Below, piece after piece: positions 11,783-25,475 of a stretch of DNA of 64,000 nucleotides. The position numbers and the translations under genes are program-made. This DNA is from Auanema rhodensis (Eukaryota > Animalia > Nematoda). How positions within the stretch are numbered: the stretch's first letter is position 1; every line of letters begins with the position of its first letter. The stretch spans positions 23,622,001-23,686,000 of the forward strand of contig OZ059894.1 in the NCBI GenBank assembly GCA_964057225.1, read 5' to 3'. Under the pieces are notes generated by a model that searched no databases, had not been told where the DNA came from, and saw only the letters and a program-made list of their open reading frames with translations.

Positions 11783-14700
11783 TTAATTTATGCTAATTAA
11801 ATGTACACGTGCACTTGGTATGTAACTCGCTTCACGTGAAAGATAAAGAGATGCGGTTTTCAAAATTAGAATCCCCATGTCCATATTAGTCTAAAAACAA
11901 ATTTTTATTGATATTGGTGCATGGTAACCATGACTTTGAAATTTACGTGAACTTTAATTTATGCTAATTAAATGTACACGTGATGTGCACTTGGTATGTA
12001 ACTCGCTTCACGTGAAAGATAAAGAGATGCGGTTTTCAAAATTAGATTCCCCATGTCCATATTAGTCTAAAAACAAATTTTTATTGATATTGGTGCATGG
12101 TAACCATGACTTTGAAATTTACGTGAACTTTAATTTATGCTAATTAAATGTACACGTGATGTGCACTTGGTATGTAACTCGCTTCACGTGAAAGATAAAG
12201 AGATGCGGTTTTCAAAATTAGATTTCTCATGTCCATATTAGTCTAAAAACAAATTTTTATTGATATTGGTGCATGGTAACCATGACTTTGAAATTTACGT
12301 GAACTTTAATTTATGCTAATTAAATGTACACGTGATGTGCACTTGGTATGTAACTCGCTTCACGTGAAAGATAAAGAGATGCGGTTTTCAAAATTAGATT
12401 CCCCATGTCCATATTAGTCTAAAAACAAATTTTTATTGATATTGGTGCATGGTAACCATGACTTTGAAATTTACGTGAACTTTAATTTATGCTAATTAAA
12501 TGTACACGTGATGTGCACTTGGTATGTAACTCGCTTCACGTGAAAGATAAAGAGATGCGGTTTTCAAAATTAGATTCCCCATGTCCATATTAGTCGAAAA
12601 ACAAATTTTTATTGATATTGGTTCATGGTAACCATGACTTTGAAATTTACGTGAACTTTAATTTATGCTAATTAAATGTGCACGTGATGTGCACTTGGTA
12701 TGTAACTCGCTTCACGTGAAAGATAAAAAGATGCGGTTTTCAGAATTAGATTCCCCATGTCCATATTAGTCTAAAAACAAATTTTTATTGATATTGGTTC
12801 ATGGTAACCATGACTTTGAAATTTACGTGAACTTTAATTTATGCTAATTAAATGTACACGTGATGTGCACTTGGTATGTAACTCGCTTCACGTGAAAGAT
12901 AAAGAGATGCGGTTTTCAAAATTAGAATCCCCATGTCCATATTAGTCTAAAAACAAATTTTTATTGATATTAATTCATGGTAACCATGATTTTGAAATTT
13001 ACGTGAACTTTAATTTATGCTAATTAAATGTACACGTGATGTGCACTTGGTATGTAACTCGCTTCACGTGAAAGATAAAGAGATGCGGTTTTCAAAATTA
13101 GATTTCTCATGTCCATATTAGTCTAAAAACAAATTTTTATTGATATTGGTGCATGGTAACCATGACTTTGAAATTTACGTGAACTTTAATTTATGCTAAT
13201 TAAATGTACACGTGCACTTGGTATGTAACTCGCTTCACGTGAAAGATAAAGAGATGCGGTTTTCAAAATTAGAATCCCCATGTCCATATTAGTCTAAAAA
13301 CAAATTTTTATTGATATTGGTGCATGGTAACCATGACTTTGAAATTTACGTGAACTTTAATTTATGCTAATTAAATGTACACGTGATGTGCACTTGGTAT
13401 GTAACTCGCTTCACGTGAAAGATAAAGAGATGCGGTTTTCAAAATTAGATTCCCCATGTCCATATTAGTCTAAAAACAAATTTTTATTGATATTGGTGCA
13501 TGGTAACCATGACTTTGAAATTTACGTGAACTTTAATTTATGCTAATTAAATGTACACGTGATGTGCACTTGGTATGTAACTCGCTTCACGTGAAAGATA
13601 AAGAGATGCGGTTTTCAAAATTAGATTTCTCATGTCCATATTAGTCTAAAAACAAATTTTTATTGATATTGGTGCATGGTAACCATGACTTTGAAATTTA
13701 CGTGAACTTTAATTTATGCTAATTAAATGTACACGTGATGTGCACTTGGTATGTAACTCGCTTCACGTGAAAGATAAAGAGATGCGGTTTTCAAAATTAG
13801 AATCCCCATGTCCATATTAGTCTAAAAACAAATTTTTATTGATATTGGTGCATGGTAACCATGACTTTGAAATTTACGTGAACTTTAATTTATGCTAATT
13901 AAATGTACACGTGATGTGCACTTGGTATGTAACTCGCTTCACGTGAAAGATAAAGAGATGCGGTTTTCAAAATTAGATTCCCCATGTCCATATTAGTCTA
14001 AAAACAAATTTTTATTGATATTGGTGCATGGTAACCATGACTTTGAAATTTACGTGAACTTTAATTTATGCTAATTAAATGTACACGTGATGTGCACTTG
14101 GTATGTAACTCGCTTCACGTGAAAGATAAAGAGATGCGGTTTTCAAAATTAGATTTCTCATGTCCATATTAGTCTAAAAACAAATTTTTATTGATATTGG
14201 TGCATGGTAACCATGACTTTGAAATTTACGTGAACTTTAATTTATGCTAATTAAATGTACACGTGATGTGCACTTGGTATGTAACTCGCTTCACGTGAAA
14301 GATAAAGAGATGCGGTTTTCAAAATTAGATTCCCCATGTCCATATTAGTCTAAAAACAAATTTTTATTGATATTGGTGCATGGTAACCATGACTTTGAAA
14401 TTTACGTGAACTTTAATTTATGCTAATTAAATGTACACGTGATGTGCACTTGGTATGTAACTCGCTTCACGTGAAAGATAAAGAGATGCGGTTTTCAAAA
14501 TTAGATTCCCCATGTCCATATTAGTCGAAAAACAAATTTTTATTGATATTGGTTCATGGTAACCATGACTTTGAAATTTACGTGAACTTTAATTTATGCT
14601 AATTAAATGTGCACGTGATGTGCACTTGGTATGTAACTCGCTTCACGTGAAAGATAAAAAGATGCGGTTTTCAGAATTAGATTCCCCATGTCCATATTAG

Positions 14701-17700
14701 TCTAAAAACAAATTTTTATTGATATTGGTTCATGGTAACCATGACTTTGAAATTTACGTGAACTTTAATTTATGCTAATTAAATGTACACGTGATGTGCA
14801 CTTGGTATGTAACTCGCTTCACGTGAAAGATAAAGAGATGCGGTTTTCAAAATTAGAATCCCCATGTCCATATTAGTCTAAAAACAAATTTTTATTGATA
14901 TTAATTCATGGTAACCATGATTTTGAAATTTACGTGAACTTTAATTTATGCTAATTAAATGTACACGTGATGTGCACTTGGTATGTAACTCGCTTCACGT
15001 GAAAGATAAAGAGATGCGGTTTTCAAAATTAGATTTCTCATGTCCATATTAGTCTAAAAACAAATTTTTATTGATATTGGTGCATGGTAACCATGACTTT
15101 GAAATTTACGTGAACTTTAATTTATGCTAATTAAATGTACACGTGCACTTGGTATGTAACTCGCTTCACGTGAAAGATAAAGAGATGCGGTTTTCAAAAT
15201 TAGATTCCCCATGTCCATATTAGTCTAAAAACAAATTTTTATTGATATTGGTGCATGGTAACCATGACTTTGAAATTTACGTGAACTTTAATTTATGCTA
15301 ATTAAATGTACACGTGATGTGCACTTGGTATGTAACTCGCTTCACGTGAAAGATAAAGAGATGCGGTTTTCAAAATTAGATTCCCCATGTCCATATTAGT
15401 CTAAAAACAAATTTTTATTGATATTGGTGCATGGTAACCATGACTTTAAAATTTACGTGAACTTTAATTTATGCTAATTAAATGTACACGTGATGTGCAC
15501 TTGGTATGTAACTCGCTTCACGTGAAAGATAAAGAGATGCGGTTTTCACAATTAGATTCCCCATGTCCATATTAGTCTAAAAACAAATTTTTATTGATAT
15601 TGGTGCATGGTAACCATGACTTTGAAATTTACGTGAACTTTAATTTATGCTAATTAAATGTACACGTGATGTGCACTTGGTATGTAACTCGCTTCAAGTG
15701 AAAGATAAAGAGATGCGGTTTTCAAAATTAGATTCCCCATGTCCATATTAGTCTAAAAACAAATTTTTATTGATATTGGTGCATGGTAACCATGACTTTG
15801 AAATTTACGTGAACTTTAATTTATGCTAATTAAATGTACACGTGATGTGCACTTGGTATGTAACTCGCTTCACGTGAAAGATAAAGAGATGCGGTTTTCA
15901 AAATTAGATTCCCCATGTCCATATTAGTCTAAAAACAAATTTTTATTGAAATTGGTTCATGGTAACCATGTCTTTGAAATTTACGTGAACTTTAATTTAT
16001 GCTAATTAAATGTACACGTGATGTGCACTTGGTATGTAACTCGCTTCACGTGAAAGATAAAGAGATGCGGTTTTCAAAATTAGATTCCCCATGTCCATAT
16101 TAGTCTAAAAACAAATTTTTATTGATATTGGTTCATGGTAACCATGACTTTGAAATTTACGTGAACTTTAATTTATGCTAATTAAATGTACACGTGATGT
16201 GCACTTGGTATGTAACTCGCTTCACGTGAAAGATAAAGAGATGCGGTTTTCAAAATTAGATTCCCCATGTCCATATTAGTCTAAAAACAAATTTTTATTG
16301 ATATTGGTGCATGGTAACCATGACTTTGAAATTTACGTGAACTTTAATTTATGCTAATTAAATGTACACGTGATGTGCACTTGGTATGTAACTCGCTTCA
16401 CGTAAAAGATAAAGAGATGCGGTTTTCAAAATTAGATTCCCCATGTCCATATTAGTCTAAAAACAAATTTTTATTGATATTGGTGCATGGTAACCATGAC
16501 TTTGAAATTTACGTGAACTTTAATTTATGCTAATTAAATGTACACGTGATGTGCACTTGGTATGTAACTCGCTTCACGTGAAAGATAAAGAGATGCGGTT
16601 TTCAAAATTAGATTCCCCATGTCCATATTAGTCGAAAAACAAATTTTTATTGATATTGGTGCATGGTAACCATGACTTTGAAATTTACGTGAACTTTAAT
16701 TTATGCTAATTAAATGTACACGTGATGTGCACTTGGTATGTAACTCGCTTCACGTAAAAGATAAAGAGATGCGGTTTTCAAAATTAGATTCCCCATGTCC
16801 ATATTAGTCTAAAAACAAATTTTTATTGATATTGGTGCATGGTAACCATGACTTTGAAATTTACGTGAACTTTAATTTATGCTAATTAAATGTACACGTG
16901 ATGTGCACTTGGTATGTAACTCGCTTCACGTGAAAGATAAAGAGATGCGGTTTTCAAAATTAGATTCCCCATGTCCATATTAGTCGAAAAACAAATTTTT
17001 ATTGATATTGGTTCATGGTAACCATGACTTTGAAATTTACGTGAACTTTAATTTATGCTAATTAAATGTGCACGTGATGTGCACTTGGTATGTAACTCGC
17101 TTCACGTGAAAGATAAAAAGATGCGGTTTTCAGAATTAGATTCCCCATGTCCATATTAGTCTAAAAACAAATTTTTATTGATATTGGTTCATGGTAACCA
17201 TGACTTTGAAATTTACGTGAACTTTAATTTATGCTAATTAAATGTACACGTGATGTGCACTTGGTATGTAACTCGCTTCACGTGAAAGATAAAGAGATGC
17301 GGTTTTCAAAATTAGAATCCCCATGTCCATATTAGTCTAAAAACAAATTTTTATTGATATTAATTCATGGTAACCATGATTTTGAAATTTACGTGAACTT
17401 TAATTTATGCTAATTAAATGTACACGTGATGTGCACTTGGTATGTAACTCGCTTCACGTGAAAGATAAAGAGATGCGGTTTTCAAAATTAGATTCCCCAT
17501 GTCCATATTAGTCTAAAAACAAATTTTTATTGATATTGGTGCATGGTAACCATGATTTTGAAATTTACGTGAACTTTAATTTATGCTAATTAAATGTACA
17601 CGTGATGTGCACTTGGTATGTAACTCGCTTCACGTGAAAGATAAAGAGAAGCGGTTTTCAAAATTAGATTTCTCATGTCCATATTAGTCTAAAAACAAAT

Positions 17701-20700
17701 TTTTATTGATATTGGTGCATGGTAACCATGACTTTGAAATTTACGTGAACTTTAATTTATGCTAATTAAATGTACACGTGATGTGCACTTGGTATGTAAC
17801 TCGCTTCACGTGAAAGATAAAGAGATGCGGTTTTCAAAATTAGATTCCCCATGTCCATATTAGTCTAAAAACAAATTTTTATTGATATTGGTGCATGGTA
17901 ACCATGACTTTGAAATTTACGTGAACTTTAATTTATGCTAATTAAATGTACACGTGATGTGCACTTGGTATGTAACTCGCTTCACGTGAAAGATAAAGAG
18001 ATGCGGTTTTCAAAATTAGATTCCCCATGTCCATATTAGTCTAAAAACAAATTTTTATTGATATTAATTCATGATAACCATGATTTTGAAATTTACGTGA
18101 ACTTTAATTTATGCTAATTAAATGTACACGTGATGTGCACTTGGTATGTAACTCGCTTCACGTGAAAGATAAAGAGATGCGGTTTTCAAAATTAGATTCC
18201 CCATGTCCATATTAGTCTAAAAACATTTTTTTATTGATATTGGTGCATGGTAACCATGACTTTGAAATTTACGTGAACTTTAATTTATGCTAATTAAATG
18301 TACACGTGATGTGCACTTGGTATGTAACTCGCTTCACGTGAAAGATAAAGAGATGCGGTTTTCAAAATTAGATTCCCCATGTCCATATTAGTCTAAAAAC
18401 AAATTTTTATTGATATTGGTGCATGGTAACCATGACTTTGAAATTTACGTGAACTTTAATTTATGCTAATTAAATGTACACGTGATGTGCACTTGGTACG
18501 TAACTCGCTTCACGTGAAAGATAAAGAGATGCGGTTTTCAAAATTAGATTCCCCATGTCCATATTAGTCTAAAAACAAATTTTTATTGATATTGGTGCAT
18601 GGTAACCATGACTTTGAAATTTACGTGAACTTTAATTTATGCTAATTAAATGTACACGTGATGTGCACTTGGTATGTAACTCGCTTCACGGGAAAGATAA
18701 AGAGATGCGGTTTTCAAAATTAGATTCCCCATGTCCATATTAGTCTAAAAACAAATTTTTATTGATATTGGTGCATGGTAACCATGACTTTGAAATTTAC
18801 GTGAACTTTAATTTATGCTAATTAAATGTACACGTGATGTGCACTTGGTATGTAACTCGCTTCACGTGAAAGATAAAGAGATGAGGTTTTCAAAATTAGA
18901 TTCCCCATGTCCATATTAGTCTAAAAACAAATTTTTATTGATATTGGTGCATGGTAACCATGACTTTGAAATTTACGTGAACTTTAATTTATGCTAATTA
19001 AATGTACACGTGATGTGCACTTGGTATGTAACTCGCTTCACGTGAAAGATAAAGAGATGCGGTTTTCAAAATTAGATTCCCCATGTCCATATTAGTCTAA
19101 AAACAAATTTTTATTGATATTGGTGCATGGTAACCATGACTTTGAAATTTACGTGAACTTTAATTTATGCTAATTAAATGTACACGTGATGTGCACTTGG
19201 TATGTAACTCGCTTCACGTAAAAGATAAAGAGATGCGGTTTTCAAAATTAGATTCCCCATGTCCATATTAGTCTAAAAACAAATTTTTATTGATATTGGT
19301 GCATGGTAACCATGACTTTGAAATTTACGTGAACTTTAATTTATGCTAATTAAATGTACACGTGATGTGCACTTGGTATGTAACTCGCTTCACGTGAAAG
19401 ATAAAGAGATGCGGTTTTCAAAATTAGATTCCCCATGTCCATATTAGTCGAAAAACAAATTTTTATTGATATTGGTTCATGGTAACCATGACTTTGAAAT
19501 TTACGTGAACTTTAATTTATGCTAATTAAATGTGCACGTGATGTGCACTTGGTATGTAACTCGCTTCACGTGAAAGATAAAAAGATGCGGTTTTCAGAAT
19601 TAGATTCCCCATGTCCATATTAGTCTAAAAACAAATTTTTATTGATATTGGTTCATGGTAACCATGACTTTGAAATTTACGTGAACTTTAATTTATGCTA
19701 ATTAAATGTACACGTGATGTGCACTTGGTATGTAACTCGCTTCACGTGAAAGATAAAGAGATGCGGTTTTCAAAATTAGAATCCCCATGTCCATATTAGT
19801 CTAAAAACAAATTTTTATTGATATTAATTCATGGTAACCATGATTTTGAAATTTACGTGAACTTTAATTTATGCTAATTAAATGTACACGTGATGTGCAC
19901 TTGGTATGTAACTCGCTTCACGTGAAAGATAAAGAGATGCGGTTTTCAAAATTAGATTCCCCATGTCCATATTAGTCGAAAAACAAATTTTTATTGATAT
20001 TGGTTCATGGTAACCATGACTTTGAAATTTACGTGAACTTTAATTTATGCTAATTAAATGTACACGTGATGTGCACTTGGTATGTAACTCGCTTCACGTG
20101 AAAGATAAAGAGATGCGGTTTTCAAAATTAGAATCCCCATGTCCATATTAGTCTAAAAACAAATTTTTATTGATATTAATTCATGGTAACCATGACTTTG
20201 AAATTTACGTGAACTTTAATTTATGCTAATTAAATGTGCACGTGATGTGCACTTGGTATGTAACTCGCTTCACGTGAAAGATAAAAAGATGCGGTTTTCA
20301 GAATTAGATTCCCCATGTCCATATTAGTCTAAAAACAAATTTTTATTGATATTGGTTCATGGTAACCATGACTTTGAAATTTACGTGAACTTTAATTTAT
20401 GCTAATTAAATGTACACGTGATGTGCACTTGGTATGTAACTCGCTTCACGTGAAAGATAAAGAGATGCGGTTTTCAAAATTAGAATCCCCATGTCCATAT
20501 TAGTCTAAAAACAAATTTTTATTGATATTAATTCATGGTAACCATGATTTTGAAATTTACGTGAACTTTAATTTATGCTAATTAAATGTACACGTGATGT
20601 GCACTTGGTATGTAACTCGCTTCACGTGAAAGATAAAGAGATGCGGTTTTCAAAATTAGATTTCTCATGTCCATATTAGTCTAAAAACAAATTTTTATTG

Positions 20701-23700
20701 ATATTGGTGCATGGTAACCATGACTTTGAAATTTACGTGAACTTTAATTTATGCTAATTAAATGTACACGTGCACTTGGTATGTAACTCGCTTCACGTGA
20801 AAGATAAAGAGATGCGGTTTTCAAAATTAGAATCCCCATGTCCATATTAGTCTAAAAACAAATTTTTATTGATATTGGTGCATGGTAACCATGACTTTGA
20901 AATTTACGTGAACTTTAATTTATGCTAATTAAATGTACACGTGATGTGCACTTGGTATGTAACTCGCTTCACGTGAAAGATAAAGAGATGCGGTTTTCAA
21001 AATTAGATTCCCCATGTCCATATTAGTCTAAAAACAAATTTTTATTGATATTGGTGCATGGTAACCATGACTTTGAAATTTACGTGAACTTTAATTTATG
21101 CTAATTAAATGTACACGTGATGTGCACTTGGTATGTAACTCGCTTCACGTGAAAGATAAAGAGATGCGGTTTTCAAAATTAGATTTCTCATGTCCATATT
21201 AGTCTAAAAACAAATTTTTATTGATATTGGTGCATGGTAACCATGACTTTGAAATTTACGTGAACTTTAATTTATGCTAATTAAATGTACACGTGATGTG
21301 CACTTGGTATGTAACTCGCTTCACGTGAAAGATAAAGAGATGCGGTTTTCACAATTAGATTCCCCATGTCCATATTAGTCTAAAAACAAATTTTTATTGA
21401 TATTGGTGCATGGTAACCATGACTTTGAAATTTACGTGAACTTTAATTTATGCTAATTAAATGTACACGTGATGTGCACTTGGTATGTAACTCGCTTCAC
21501 GTGAAAGATAAAGAGATGCGGTTTTCAAAATTAGATTCCCCATGTCCATATTAGTCTAAAAACAAATTTTTATTGATATTGGTGCATGGTAACCATGACT
21601 TTGAAATTTACGTGAACTTTAATTTATGCTAATTAAATGTACACGTGATGTGCACTTGGTATGTAACTCGCTTCACGTGAAAGATAAAGAGATGCGGTTT
21701 TCACAATTAGATTCCCCATGTCCATATTAGTCTAAAAACAAATTTTTATTGATATTGGTGCATGGTAACCATGACTTTGAAATTTACGTGAACTTTAATT
21801 TATGCTAATTAAATGTACACGTGATGTGCACTTGGTATGTAACTCGCTTCACGTGAAAGATAAAGAGATGCGGTTTTCAAAATTAGATTCCCCATGTCCA
21901 TATTAGTCTAAAAACAAATTTTTATTGATATTGGTGCATGGTAACCATGACTTTGAAATTTACGTGAACTTTAATTTATGCTAATTAAATGTACACGTGA
22001 TGTGCACTTGGTATGTAACTCGCTTCACGTAAAAGATAAAGAGATGCGGTTTTCAAAATTAGATTCCCCATGTCCATATTAGTCTAAAAACAAATTTTTA
22101 TTGATATTGGTGCATGGTAACCATGACTTTGAAATTTACGTGAACTTTAATTTATGCTAATTAAATGTACACGTGATGTGCACTTGGTATGTAACTCGCT
22201 TCACGTGAAAGATAAAGAGATGCGGTTTTCAAAATTAGATTCCCCATGTCCATATTAGTCGAAAAACAAATTTTTATTGATATTGGTTCATGGTAACCAT
22301 GACTTTGAAATTTACGTGAACTTTAATTTATGCTAATTAAATGTGCACGTGATGTGCACTTGGTATGTAACTCGCTTCACGTGAAAGATAAAAAGATGCG
22401 GTTTTCAGAATTAGATTCCCCATGTCCATATTAGTCTAAAAACAAATTTTTATTGATATTGGTTCATGGTAACCATGACTTTGAAATTTACGTGAACTTT
22501 AATTTATGCTAATTAAATGTACACGTGATGTGCACTTGGTATGTAACTCGCTTCACGTGAAAGATAAAGAGATGCGGTTTTCAAAATTAGAATCCCCATG
22601 TCCATATTAGTCTAAAAACAAATTTTTATTGATATTAATTCATGGTAACCATGATTTTGAAATTTACGTGAACTTTAATTTATGCTAATTAAATGTACAC
22701 GTGATGTGCACTTGGTATGTAACTCGCTTCACGTGAAAGATAAAGAGATGCGGTTTTCAAAATTAGATTCCCCATGTCCATATTAGTCGAAAAACAAATT
22801 TTTATTGATATTGGTTCATGGTAACCATGACTTTGAAATTTACGTGAACTTTAATTTATGCTAATTAAATGTACACGTGATGTGCACTTGGTATGTAACT
22901 CGCTTCACGTGAAAGATAAAGAGATGCGGTTTTCAAAATTAGAATCCCCATGTCCATATTAGTCTAAAAACAAATTTTTATTGATATTAATTCATGGTAA
23001 CCATGACTTTGAAATTTACGTGAACTTTAATTTATGCTAATTAAATGTGCACGTGATGTGCACTTGGTATGTAACTCGCTTCACGTGAAAGATAAAAAGA
23101 TGCGGTTTTCAGAATTAGATTCCCCATGTCCATATTAGTCTAAAAACAAATTTTTATTGATATTGGTTCATGGTAACCATGACTTTGAAATTTACGTGAA
23201 CTTTAATTTATGCTAATTAAATGTACACGTGATGTGCACTTGGTATGTAACTCGCTTCACGTGAAAGATAAAGAGATGCGGTTTTCAAAATTAGAATCCC
23301 CATGTCCATATTAGTCTAAAAACAAATTTTTATTGATATTAATTCATGGTAACCATGATTTTGAAATTTACGTGAACTTTAATTTATGCTAATTAAATGT
23401 ACACGTGATGTGCACTTGGTATGTAACTCGCTTCACGTGAAAGATAAAGAGATGCGGTTTTCAAAATTAGATTTCTCATGTCCATATTAGTCTAAAAACA
23501 AATTTTTATTGATATTGGTGCATGGTAACCATGACTTTGAAATTTACGTGAACTTTAATTTATGCTAATTAAATGTACACGTGCACTTGGTATGTAACTC
23601 GCTTCACGTGAAAGATAAAGAGATGCGGTTTTCAAAATTAGAATCCCCATGTCCATATTAGTCTAAAAACAAATTTTTATTGATATTGGTGCATGGTAAC

Positions 23701-25475
23701 CATGACTTTGAAATTTACGTGAACTTTAATTTATGCTAATTAAATGTACACGTGATGTGCACTTGGTATGTAACTCGCTTCACGTGAAAGATAAAGAGAT
23801 GCGGTTTTCAAAATTAGATTCCCCATGTCCATATTAGTCTAAAAACAAATTTTTATTGATATTGGTGCATGGTAACCATGACTTTGAAATTTACGTGAAC
23901 TTTAATTTATGCTAATTAAATGTACACGTGATGTGCACTTGGTATGTAACTCGCTTCACGTGAAAGATAAAGAGATGCGGTTTTCAAAATTAGATTTCTC
24001 ATGTCCATATTAGTCTAAAAACAAATTTTTATTGATATTGGTGCATGGTAACCATGACTTTGAAATTTACGTGAACTTTAATTTATGCTAATTAAATGTA
24101 CACGTGATGTGCACTTGGTATGTAACTCGCTTCACGTGAAAGATAAAGAGATGCGGTTTTCACAATTAGATTCCCCATGTCCATATTAGTCTAAAAACAA
24201 ATTTTTATTGATATTGGTGCATGGTAACCATGACTTTGAAATTTACGTGAACTTTAATTTATGCTAATTAAATGTACACGTGATGTGCACTTGGTATGTA
24301 ACTCGCTTCACGTGAAAGATAAAGAGATGCGGTTTTCAAAATTAGATTCCCCATGTCCATATTAGTCTAAAAACAAATTTTTATTGATATTGGTGCATGG
24401 TAACCATGACTTTGAAATTTACGTGAACTTTAATTTATGCTAATTAAATGTACACGTGATGTGCACTTGGTATGTAACTCGCTTCACGTGAAAGATAAAG
24501 AGATGCGGTTTTCACAATTAGATTCCCCATGTCCATATTAGTCTAAAAACAAATTTTTATTGATATTGGTGCATGGTAACCATGACTTTGAAATTTACGT
24601 GAACTTTAATTTATGCTAATTAAATGTACACGTGATGTGCACTTGGTATGTAACTCGCTTCACGTGAAAGATAAAGAGATGCGGTTTTCAAAATTAGATT
24701 CCCCATGTCCATATTAGTCTAAAAACAAATTTTTATTGATATTGGTGCATGGTAACCATGACTTTGAAATTTACGTGAACTTTAATTTATGCTAATTAAA
24801 TGTACACGTGATGTGCACTTGGTATGTAACTCGCTTCACGTGAAAGATAAAGAGATGCGGTTTTCAAAATTAGATTCCCCATGTCCATATTAGTCTAAAA
24901 ACAAATTTTTATTGATATTGGTGCATGGTAACCATGACTTTGAAATTTACGTGAACTTTAATTTATGCTAATTAAATGTACACGTGCACTTGGTATGTAA
25001 CTCGCTTCACGTGAAAGATAAAGAGATGCGGTTTTCAAAATTAGAATCCCCATGTCCATATTAGTCTAAAAACAAATTTTTATTGATATTGGTGCATGGT
25101 AACCATGACTTTGAAATTTACGTGAACTTTAATTTATGCTAATTAAATGTACACGTGATGTGCACTTGGTATGTAACTCGCTTCACGTGAAAGATAAAGA
25201 GATGCGGTTTTCAAAATTAGATTTCTCATGTCCATATTAGTCTAAAAACAAATTTTTATTGATATTGGTGCATGGTAACCATGACTTTGAAATTTACGTG
25301 AACTTTAATTTATGCTAATTAAATGTACACGTGCACTTGGTATGTAACTCGCTTCACGTGAAAGATAAAGAGATGCGGTTTTCAAAATTAGAATCCCCAT
25401 GTCCATATTAGTCTAAAAACAAATTTTTATTGATATTGGTGCATGGTAACCATGACTTTGAAATTTACGTGAACT
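8097..25475 (+). repeat. 171-bp monomer variant (5-bp deletion, CACGTGATGTGCAC to CACGTGCAC), nine copies starting 8097, 9852, 11783, 13186, 15117, 20744, 23555, 24958, 25305
   Basis: GTACACGTGCACTTGG is seen directly at each site, and each shifts the array phase by 5 bp. Confidence 0.95.
18984..24781 (+). repeat. Tandem 16-monomer duplication (period 2811 bp)
   Basis: Monomers carrying G61A (19160/21971), T115G (19336/22147), A23G (19512/22323 and 20216/23027), the 5-bp deletion (20744/23555) and A86C (21267/24078 and 21619/24430) all pair at a 2811-bp offset. Confidence 0.93.
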
